The translations under genes and the position numbers were made by a program. The notes under the pieces are model-generated. The model was not told the origin of the DNA and did not search any database. It saw only the letters and a program-made list of their open reading frames with translations. A stretch of 64,000 nucleotides of DNA from the NCBI GenBank assembly GCA_035546615.1, contig DASZWM010000003.1, positions 1 to 64,000 of the forward strand, read 5' to 3'. Shown here in pieces: positions 7,763-14,959 of the stretch; positions within the stretch are counted from its first letter, which is position 1; each line of letters begins with the position of its first letter. The stretch is from Minisyncoccota bacterium (GTDB lineage: Bacteria > Patescibacteriota > Minisyncoccia > Phycocordibacterales > SBAW01).

Positions 7763-8848
7763 ATGAAAATCCTCGCCATAGAAACCTCCTGCGACGAAAC
7801 GGGCATCGCGCTCGTCGATGGCCAAAAGACCGATAGCGGTTTTTCTTTTTCGGTGCTCAAGAATATCCTCCTTTCGCAAGCACAGCTCCATGCCGAGTAC
7901 GGCGGCGTCTACCCCAACCTCGCCAAGCGCGAACATCAGAAGAATCTGCCTGTGCTTTTTTCAGAATTTGAAAACGAATCATATGACGCCATTGCGGTAA
8001 CGCAAGGCCCGGGGCTCGAGCCGGCGCTGTGGACCGGCATCGAATTTGCTAAGAAGCTCGCAACCGAGAAAAATCTGCCGCTCCTCCCCACCAACCACAT
8101 GGAAGGCCATCTTATTTCTTCCCTGATAAAGCATTCTGGTATTCTGCAGAATACCAGAATAAGCGAGGGGGTACTTTCCGACATCAAACTGCCAGTGCTT
8201 GGGCTACTCATTTCGGGCGGGCACACCGAATTCGTCCTCATGAAGGATTGGTTCAAATACGAAATAGTCGGCGAAACCCTCGATGACGCTGTAGGCGAGG
8301 CGTTCGACAAAGTAGCCCGCATGCTGGGGCTCGCGTACCCCGGCGGGCCGGAAGTCTCCAAGCTTGCCAAACGCGCGCGCGAAGAAGGCATTACTAGGCA
8401 GGCAAAACTCCCCCGCCCCATGCTCCAGGCAGATACGTGCGACGTATCATTCTCCGGCCTCAAGACCGCAGCACTCTATGCGCTGCGCGACAGGGGCGGC
8501 ATCCAGACGCTTTCAGGCGAACAAGTGGCCGACTTCGCTCGCGAGTTCGAGGACGCCGTGGCAGAAATTCTTCTTAAAAAGACGGCCCGTGCAATGGAGC
8601 AGACCGGCGCCAAGACCTTCGTCATCGGCGGCGGCGTGGCTGCAAACTCGCACCTGCGGGCACAGCTGCAAGCACTTATAGAAAAAGATTTCTCATACGC
8701 CGAATTCCGGCTGCCGGAGCTTTCCATAACCGGCGACAACGCGATAATGATAGCCGAAGCAGCGCTCACCCGCGCGCTTTCCGGCCTCGATGACGCGACA
8801 AAAGAAGACTTCCGAGCGATCGGGAACCTTTCTATAGAAACGAAGTGA
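7763..8848 (+). CDS. tsaD: tRNA N6-adenosine threonylcarbamoyltransferase TsaD (Kae1/YgjD family)
   Basis: 'MKILAIETSCDETGIALVDG', 'HMEGHL' and 'GGGVAAN' motifs. The track ORF starting at 7235 runs through the tRNA genes, so I take the start at ATG 7763. Confidence 0.9.
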   Translation: MKILAIETSCDETGIALVDGQKTDSGFSFSVLKNILLSQAQLHAEYGGVYPNLAKREHQKNLPVLFSEFENESYDAIAVTQGPGLEPALWTGIEFAKKLATEKNLPLLPTNHMEGHLISSLIKHSGILQNTRISEGVLSDIKLPVLGLLISGGHTEFVLMKDWFKYEIVGETLDDAVGEAFDKVARMLGLAYPGGPEVSKLAKRAREEGITRQAKLPRPMLQADTCDVSFSGLKTAALYALRDRGGIQTLSGEQVADFAREFEDAVAEILLKKTARAMEQTGAKTFVIGGGVAANSHLRAQLQALIEKDFSYAEFRLPELSITGDNAIMIAEAALTRALSGLDDATKEDFRAIGNLSIETK

Positions 8849-8886
8849 CCCCGGCGATTGCTCGCCGGGGCCAAAACTTGGGGGGT

Positions 8887-9222
8887 CTACTTGATGACCC
8901 AGGTACATGGAGAGACGTCCCAACCGACGAAGTCGTTACCGAACATCCGCTTCAGCTGGTCAGTCATCTTGTGGAAGAACTTCTTATACTCACGCTCCAC
9001 GAACCGCGGATCACTACCGGCACCAGGAATAACGTACTTGAAGCCGATGCCGTGCTGATCTTTTGAGCACTGGCGAATGTGGATATCGGTGTAGTTCTCA
9101 CCGTTCTCACCAATACACCAAGCCCGGGCGGTTGCCTGCAGCCGGTACAGAGGAACGGAGTCCGAAAACTTCCACATCCCCGAAATAATCGGCTGGGCGA
9201 CGTAAGCGTCTTGCTGTGTCAT
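8887..9222 (-). CDS. hypothetical protein (lower-GC patch)
   Basis: A 111-aa ORF in an AT-richer stretch. No recognisable motif. Confidence 0.35.
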   Translation of the reverse strand: MTQQDAYVAQPIISGMWKFSDSVPLYRLQATARAWCIGENGENYTDIHIRQCSKDQHGIGFKYVIPGAGSDPRFVEREYKKFFHKMTDQLKRMFGNDFVGWDVSPCTWVIK

Positions 9223-9351
9223 CTAAGACCTCTATGGAAAGGAACAGTACGCGACATTGCGTACGTATTAAGCATATCATACTTTGTATAAAAAAGCAAG
9301 TACCTTCTTGACCCTTCTAAAAAAGCCTTATTTGGCGTAGTATTTGCGCAT

Positions 9352-11418
9352 ATGCCCGAAGGGACCGTGCCCGAGAAATTCCTCAAGCCCTATGACCATA
9401 AGGCGGTCGAGGGAGACACCTACAAAAAGTGGGAAGATTCCGGCTATTTCAACCCGGATAATCTGCCGGGCGATCGGACCGAGCCCTTCACCATCATCAT
9501 GCCGCCGCCCAATGCCAACGGCTCTCTCCATGCCGGGCACGCGCTCTTCGTGACGCTCGAGGACATCATGACCCGCTTCGCGCGCATGCGCGGCAAGAAA
9601 GCGCTCTGGCTCCCCGGCGCCGACCACGCTGGCTTCGAGACGCAGGTGGTGTACGAGAAGAAGCTCGAGAAAGAGGGCCGCTCGCGCTTCGAGATGCCGC
9701 AAGAGCAGCTCTATAAGGAAATTATGGAGTTCACGCTGGCAAACAAATCGTTCATGGAAGGCCAGATCCGTCAGCTCGGCGCTTCGTGCGACTGGTCGCG
9801 CGAGCTCTTCACGCTCGACGAACGGGTTATCAAGACCGTGTACGGCACCTTCAAGAAGCTCGACGAAGACGGCCTGCTCTACCGCGGCAGCCGCATCGTC
9901 AACTGGTGCCCCAAGCACCAGACGTCGCTCTCGAACCTCGAGACCGATCGCGAGACCCGCACCGAGAATTTCTATTACCTTACATACGGCCCGTTCGTCA
10001 TCGCGACGGCGCGCCCGGAAACGAAGTTCGGCGACAAGTATGTCGTCATGCATCCGAATGACCCGCGCTACGCGCAGTATAAAGACGGCGATACCTTCGA
10101 GCTTGAATGGATAAACGGGCCGATAACCGCCACCGTTGTCAAAGACGAGGCTATCGACATGGAACTCGGCACCGGCGTCATGACGATAACGCCTTGGCAC
10201 GACCCTATCGACTTCGAGATCGCCCAGCGCCACAAGCTCCCGTACGAGCAGGTCATCGACTGGCGCGGCAAGCTGCTCCCCATCGCGGGCGAATTCGCAG
10301 GCATGAACATAAAGGAGGCCCGCGGCAAGATAGTCGAGAAACTGCAAGGGAAGGGCCTCGTGGAAAAGATAGACGCCGCGTACACCCACGAGGTCCCGGT
10401 CTGCTACAAATGCGGACGCGAGATAGAGCCGCAGATCAAGGAGCAGTGGTTCATCAAAATGAAGCCGCTGGCCGAGAAGGCCCTTGAGGCCGTCCGCAGC
10501 CGCCGCGTGCACGTGCTTACCGAGAATCACGAGAAGATACTCATGCATTGGCTTGAGAACATCCAGGACTGGAACGTGTCGCGCCAGATAGTGTGGGGCA
10601 TCCCTATACCGGCCTGGCAGAAGGATGGCGATTGGAAGGTCTCGGTCGAGTCGCCGGGCGAAGGCTGGGTGCGCGATACGGATACGTTCGATACCTGGTT
10701 CTCTTCGGGCCAGTGGCCGTTTGCGACGCTCGGTTACCCCGACGCGCCCGACTTCAAGACCTTCTACCCCACCAGCGTCATGGAGACGGGATCGGACCTC
10801 ATCTTCTTCTGGGTGGCGCGCATGATCATGCTCGGGCTCTACCGCACGGGCGAGGTGCCCTTCAAGAAGGTGTACATGCACGGGCTCGTGCGCGATGCCA
10901 AGGGTATGAAGATGAGCAAGTCCAAGGGCAACGTAATCTCGCCGCTTGAAGTATCAGACCAGTACGGAACGGACGCGCTGCGCATGGGGCTCGTCGTCGG
11001 CAACACGCCCGGCACCGACCTCAACCTCGATCCCAAGAAGATAGAGGCGTATAAGAAGTTTTCCAACAAGCTTTGGAACATCGCGCGCTTCGTCCTGGCG
11101 CACGGGAATCAGGGCGATATCATGCCGGCGCTCAAAGACGAGTTCGACGCCGTGGCCAAGGACGTAACCAGCGATATCGATGCGTTCCGCATCCATCTGG
11201 CTGCCGAGAAGCTCTACCACTACGTCTGGGGCCGCTTCGCTGCGGAAATCATCGAAGAAAGCAAGGGCAAGCCGGAATACGGCGCAACGCTCGAATACAT
11301 CCTCAAGAATTCGCTCAAACTCCTGCATCCGTTCATGCCGTTCATCACCGAAGAGATATGGAGCTCGCTCCCGGACGCGGGCAGCCTGTTGATGGTCGAG
11401 GAGTGGCCGGTTAAATAG
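9352..11418 (+). CDS. valS: valine--tRNA ligase (short form lacking C-terminal coiled coil)
   Basis: 'PPPNANGSLHAGHA' (HIGH), 'KMSKSKGN' and the editing-domain region 'DTFDTWFSS'. At 688 aa it is short for a ValRS. Confidence 0.85.
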   Translation: MPEGTVPEKFLKPYDHKAVEGDTYKKWEDSGYFNPDNLPGDRTEPFTIIMPPPNANGSLHAGHALFVTLEDIMTRFARMRGKKALWLPGADHAGFETQVVYEKKLEKEGRSRFEMPQEQLYKEIMEFTLANKSFMEGQIRQLGASCDWSRELFTLDERVIKTVYGTFKKLDEDGLLYRGSRIVNWCPKHQTSLSNLETDRETRTENFYYLTYGPFVIATARPETKFGDKYVVMHPNDPRYAQYKDGDTFELEWINGPITATVVKDEAIDMELGTGVMTITPWHDPIDFEIAQRHKLPYEQVIDWRGKLLPIAGEFAGMNIKEARGKIVEKLQGKGLVEKIDAAYTHEVPVCYKCGREIEPQIKEQWFIKMKPLAEKALEAVRSRRVHVLTENHEKILMHWLENIQDWNVSRQIVWGIPIPAWQKDGDWKVSVESPGEGWVRDTDTFDTWFSSGQWPFATLGYPDAPDFKTFYPTSVMETGSDLIFFWVARMIMLGLYRTGEVPFKKVYMHGLVRDAKGMKMSKSKGNVISPLEVSDQYGTDALRMGLVVGNTPGTDLNLDPKKIEAYKKFSNKLWNIARFVLAHGNQGDIMPALKDEFDAVAKDVTSDIDAFRIHLAAEKLYHYVWGRFAAEIIEESKGKPEYGATLEYILKNSLKLLHPFMPFITEEIWSSLPDAGSLLMVEEWPVK

Positions 11419-11435
11419 GCGCTATACTTGAGAGT

Positions 11436-12143
11436 ATGCTGTCGCCGGTTCTCTTTATCGCATTCCTGGGCGGCGTTTTGCCCGCGCTCCTGTGGCTCAC
11501 CTTCTGGCTCCTTGAGGACCGCCTCCATCCCGAGCCGAAAAAGTACATATTCTTCTGCTTCCTCGGCGGCATGTGCATGGTGCCGTTCGTGCTGCCGGTC
11601 GAGCGCTTCGCCCTGGCGCAGGCCCTGAGCCTGGGCTATGGCTCGACAAGCCTGCTCGTGCTATTCCTGTGGGCCACGGCCGAAGAGCTGTTTAAATTCG
11701 CCGCTGCGTACCTTGTGGCGCTGCGCGCGAAGGTATTCGACGAGCCGCTTGATGCCGTCGTGTACCTCGTGACTGCCGCGCTCGGCTTTTCTGCCGCAGA
11801 AAACGTGCTCTTCCTGCTCGACCCGCTCATGGACGGCAATGTGCTGCAGACGATAGTCACCGGCGACTTGCGCTTTATCGGTGCCACGCTCTTGCACACG
11901 CTCTCTTCAGCATCTATAGGCATTGCGCTCGCGTTTTCGTTCTATCAGCCGGCCGGGTCGCGCCGTTTGGCGGCTCTGTTCGGGGTTATCCTCGCCGTTT
12001 CATTGCATACGCTCTTTAATTTTTTTATACTAGGAAGCGGCAGTGGCGCGACTTTCTGGATTTTCCTCGTCATCTGGCTCGGCATCATCGCAATCCTGCT
12101 CGGTCTCGAGCGCGTAAAGCGCCCGATGCCCCACTATCCTTAA
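11436..12143 (+). CDS. PrsW-family intramembrane metalloprotease
   Basis: Polytopic membrane protein with 'EELFKF' (E-E-x-x-K) and 'FSAAENVLF' (F-x-x-x-E) motifs. Confidence 0.55.
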   Translation: MLSPVLFIAFLGGVLPALLWLTFWLLEDRLHPEPKKYIFFCFLGGMCMVPFVLPVERFALAQALSLGYGSTSLLVLFLWATAEELFKFAAAYLVALRAKVFDEPLDAVVYLVTAALGFSAAENVLFLLDPLMDGNVLQTIVTGDLRFIGATLLHTLSSASIGIALAFSFYQPAGSRRLAALFGVILAVSLHTLFNFFILGSGSGATFWIFLVIWLGIIAILLGLERVKRPMPHYP

Positions 12144-12153
12144 ACATTTACCT

Positions 12154-12657
12154 ATGGCACGCGACAAGAAATCCCTCTTCGACTGGCTGACCGGCTCCGC
12201 AGGCGCCGATAACGGCTATTCCTTTGATGATCTCGATCAGGGACCGGGGATTCCGGTGGCGCGCGCGCCGGAGCGCCGCCAGAGCGTGCCTATGCGCGAA
12301 GAGCCGGAGATGGCGGAAGAGCCCGCGGACGGCGAGCTTTCGGTGGACGTGCACCAGACCCCTACGCATATCGTCATTAAGGCTATGATCGCCGGTGTCA
12401 GGCCTGAAGACCTCGATGTTTCCATAACGCGCGACATGGTGACCATCCGCGGCAAGCGCGAGCGTGCCAGCGAGGGCCAGACGGGCGAATATTTCTTCCA
12501 GGAGCTCTATTGGGGCTCGTTCTCCCGCACCATAGTGCTCCCGCAGGAAGTTGAGATTGAAGAGGCGGAGGCTACCGAAAAGCACGGCCTTCTGGTGATC
12601 CGCCTCCCCAAAATGGACAAGGGCAGACAGGCCAAGCTCAAAGTAAGGTCAAACTAA
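12154..12657 (+). CDS. Hsp20/alpha-crystallin small heat shock protein
   Basis: Alpha-crystallin domain with 'LSVDVHQTPTHIVIKAMIAGVRPEDLDVSI...LVIRLPK'. Confidence 0.8.
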   Translation: MARDKKSLFDWLTGSAGADNGYSFDDLDQGPGIPVARAPERRQSVPMREEPEMAEEPADGELSVDVHQTPTHIVIKAMIAGVRPEDLDVSITRDMVTIRGKRERASEGQTGEYFFQELYWGSFSRTIVLPQEVEIEEAEATEKHGLLVIRLPKMDKGRQAKLKVRSN

Positions 12658-12686
12658 AAAAATCCCCTTCGGGGGATTTTTTTAGT
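12656..12686. terminator. bidirectional intrinsic terminator
   Basis: 'AAAAAAATCCCCTTCGGGGGATTTTTTTAG' is a GC hairpin flanked by an A-run and a T-run. It sits between convergent genes. Confidence 0.75.
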
Positions 12687-13076
12687 TCATTTGGTTTCAA
12701 AGTCTAGTCCGTCTATAAAATTACGGTAATCGAAGGTCAATTCTTCGCCCTTTTTAATATCGCGGGCCGCCGCATTAGGCGGCTCTTGTTCGTTTTCATC
12801 TTGCACTTCTATGACATTCGGTTCGGCGGCGTGATTGAAAAACCGTGCATCATCCGAACATAAAATATAATTACCCGTCTTCTTGCTTATATATGCATAG
12901 TGCTTCATCTGATCCTTGGCAGCCTCAGACAAAGTCTCAAATCCGCCGAGCGTTAGCTCTAGATCGAAGCCTGGCACAAAACGCCACACAAGAGTTCCCT
13001 TCGGTATATCTTCTGCCGCAAAGAGACCAATGCCTTCAATGGCACTTGGGCCAATGAGTGTTTTTACCAGAAGCAT
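12687..13076 (-). CDS. SET-domain protein (putative lysine methyltransferase)
   Basis: 'FFNHAAEPN' matches the SET N-H-S-C-x-P-N motif, followed by 'EELTFDYRNF'. The gene is AT-richer than its surroundings. Confidence 0.65.
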   Translation of the reverse strand: MLLVKTLIGPSAIEGIGLFAAEDIPKGTLVWRFVPGFDLELTLGGFETLSEAAKDQMKHYAYISKKTGNYILCSDDARFFNHAAEPNVIEVQDENEQEPPNAAARDIKKGEELTFDYRNFIDGLDFETK

Positions 13077-13341
13077 CCAAAAATTTTAGCATGCTTGGGG
13101 CCTAGGTCATGGGAAACACCCCAGGAGTACTTGGATTTTGATAAACAAAATCCTGGCGCCCACGGTTTTCCCAATCCTTCCTCCACGGGGAAACCCTAGC
13201 GCTTTTCCCCGACCCCCTTTCGGTTCGATCCTGGCCTCCAGCTGCGCGTCAGACGCGCAGGCATAGTCCCCCGTGTCAGGAGAATAGGAGCGCAAGCGAC
13301 GAAAGGAACCTTTGGTTCCTTTAGCGGGGGTCGGGGGACTA

Positions 13342-13417
13342 TGGTGCTTGGGGCCAGGATCGAACTGGCGACCCCCTCCTCTTCAGGGAGATGCTCTACC
13401 AACTGAGCTACCCAAGC
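13342..13417 (-). tRNA. tRNA-Phe (anticodon GAA), CCA encoded
   Basis: The reverse complement 'GCTTGGGTAGCTCAGTTGGTAGAGCATCTCCCTGAAGAGGAGGGGGTCGCCAGTTCGATCCTGGCCCCAAGCACCA' has anticodon loop CTGAAGA. Confidence 0.85.
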
Positions 13418-13464
13418 AGTACAGAAGGATTCTAGCAAAAAATCGCTTATTTAGAAACCCCTAT

Positions 13465-13755
13465 TTAGTGGCCCTGAAGAGTGGTGGTGCCGTTGTCGAA
13501 TTTCGAGAATATGTCGGCGGCTTTGTCCTGGAGGTTCTGGAAGCTGCCATATGCGTCGAGTATCTGCGTGATGTATGGCTGCACGTACCAGTATGCGTAT
13601 ACGGAAGATGCAATGATGAGCGCGATCCAGAGAAAGCGCATGCCGTACGAGACCCACGTGCTGCGGCGCATGGAGCGCAGCAGGTTGTTGTTTTCCTGCG
13701 AAAGCGCGATGGACTGGCGGACCAATTGCTTAAGTTCCTCTATCTCCGGATTCAT
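13465..13755 (-). CDS. small membrane protein, hypothetical
   Basis: 'MNPEIEELKQLVRQSIALSQENNNLLRSMRRSTWVSYGMRFLWIALIIASSVYAYWY' has one TM segment. Start placed so the gene does not overlap tRNA-Arg. Confidence 0.4.
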   Translation of the reverse strand: MNPEIEELKQLVRQSIALSQENNNLLRSMRRSTWVSYGMRFLWIALIIASSVYAYWYVQPYITQILDAYGSFQNLQDKAADIFSKFDNGTTTLQGH

Positions 13756-13770
13756 ACAAAAATAATACCA

Positions 13771-13842
13771 TGCCCCCACCAAGAATCGAACTCAGATCGT
13801 TCCCTTAGGACGGGACTGCTCTATCCATTGAGCTATGGGGGC
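13771..13842 (-). tRNA. tRNA-Arg (anticodon CCT)
   Basis: The reverse complement 'GCCCCCATAGCTCAATGGATAGAGCAGTCCCGTCCTAAGGGAACGATCTGAGTTCGATTCTTGGTGGGGGCA' has a perfect acceptor stem. U33-CCT-A37 in the loop; one G.A mismatch closes the anticodon stem. CCA is not encoded. Confidence 0.7.
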
Positions 13843-13887
13843 TCTCAAACCGACAGCCCGTATCTTAGCAGGTTGGGTCCCGGCGAA

Positions 13888-14130
13888 CTAGGCCTCGATA
13901 CCAAGCTTCTGGGCAAGACGCTCGCGAGAGAAACCGATCATGATATCGCCGTTGATGACGATGACCGGCACGCCGAGCTGGCCGGTGAGCTGGATCATCT
14001 CCTGGCGCTTCGCCGCGTCGGAAGCGACGTCATAGGCAGTATATTGCACGCCCTTCTCCGCAAAGAATTCCTTCGCCATCTGGCAGAAGTGGCAGGTCGG
14101 CGTGCTGTAGATGGTTACGTTCTTGTCCAT
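13888..14130 (-). CDS. glutaredoxin-like protein (thioredoxin fold, CxxC)
   Basis: 'VTIYSTPTCHFCQMAKEFF' CxxC motif, and an 80-aa glutaredoxin/NrdH-like size. Confidence 0.8.
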   Translation of the reverse strand: MDKNVTIYSTPTCHFCQMAKEFFAEKGVQYTAYDVASDAAKRQEMIQLTGQLGVPVIVINGDIMIGFSRERLAQKLGIEA

Positions 14131-14193
14131 AGTTTTCTGGTTAGCTTTTCTTCTAGTATATCATGGCTGTCAAGATGGATATTTCTCAACCGG

Positions 14194-14264
14194 TGCGGGA
14201 TGCGAGAATCGGACTCGCGCCTAATGCTTGGGAAGCACTCGTTCTGCCACTGAACTAATCCCGC
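14194..14264 (-). tRNA. tRNA-Gly (anticodon CCC)
   Basis: The reverse complement 'GCGGGATTAGTTCAGTGGCAGAACGAGTGCTTCCCAAGCATTAGGCGCGAGTCCGATTCTCGCATCCCGCA' has loop TTCCCAA. The T-loop sequence is slightly atypical. Confidence 0.7.
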
Positions 14265-14283
14265 TTAGCTAACGGGAACGATT

Positions 14284-14820
14284 CTACCACACAAAGAGCG
14301 AATGGAGCGTGCGGGTGAAAATGTTCTGTTCCTGCCCTTCCGGCGAGGCTTCCGCAGGCGCTTCGCGCACGATGCGTATCTCCCCTTCGCCGGGCTTCGC
14401 CACGCCAAAGCGCTCGCGCACTTCGCGGTCGATACCGGCATCGGTCGTAAATCCTGCCACCGCAGCGCTGATGCGCGTCTGCTCATCCTGAGCGGAGCGG
14501 AGCGCCTGCTCGGCCTCTTCCCTCGCCCCGGCGGCTACGGAAAACGTGCCGTACATGCTCCAGGCGGAGCTCACCGCGACCCCCGCGGTCGCGAACAGGA
14601 CGATGGTTCCCAAAAGCGTCGCCGCAAAGCGCAGCAGATAGTGGGTCTTCGGATGATGCTTTCTGAAATCCTCCATATATGCTATTGTGTGCGCATCATG
14701 ATGGGCATGTTTGGAAAGAACCGCGACAAGTTCACGAAGATATTTTCCTGGGTGGTCGGGATTATTGTCATTGTGAGCATGGTTGGAGCGTACTTCGCTT
14801 CGCTGTTCGCCTAAGGGCAA
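14284..14820 (-). CDS. FtsB/DivIC-like septum formation initiator (His-rich N-terminus)
   Basis: TM segment plus coiled coil 'EEAEQALRSAQDEQTRI' and the C-terminal 'IDREVRERFGVAKPGEGEIRIV' motif typical of DivIC/FtsB. The true start may be the internal Met (MEDFRK). Confidence 0.5.
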   Translation of the reverse strand: MPLGEQRSEVRSNHAHNDNNPDHPGKYLRELVAVLSKHAHHDAHTIAYMEDFRKHHPKTHYLLRFAATLLGTIVLFATAGVAVSSAWSMYGTFSVAAGAREEAEQALRSAQDEQTRISAAVAGFTTDAGIDREVRERFGVAKPGEGEIRIVREAPAEASPEGQEQNIFTRTLHSLFVW

Positions 14821-14959
14821 ACGAAAAAGGCCAAACCGCCTCTGCGGTTTGCCCCGTGCACTAGATACTACACCCGGATTTGTGTATCTGCAAAAGTCCG
14901 TGTCTGTGGATAACCGAACTCACTAGTATTTTCAACCCGGAATCGACCGAATCCTCTCG

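Noticed and set aside
13081-13341. tmRNA, SRP (4.5S) RNA or 6S RNA in the noncoding stretch next to tRNA-Phe
   Set aside because: I could not find the tmRNA 5' GGGG...TTCGAC and 3' tRNA-Ala-like end with CCA, a tag-peptide reading frame ending in ...AA stop, or the SRP domain-IV GGAA-tetraloop/AGCAGC motifs. I kept it as an unassigned structured region only.
14302-14814. 170-aa plus-strand ORF with a hydrophobic C-terminus opposite the FtsB/DivIC-like gene
   Set aside because: The minus-strand frame carries the conserved DivIC C-terminal motif and the coiled coil. The plus-strand frame is Arg/Ala-rich shadow sequence.
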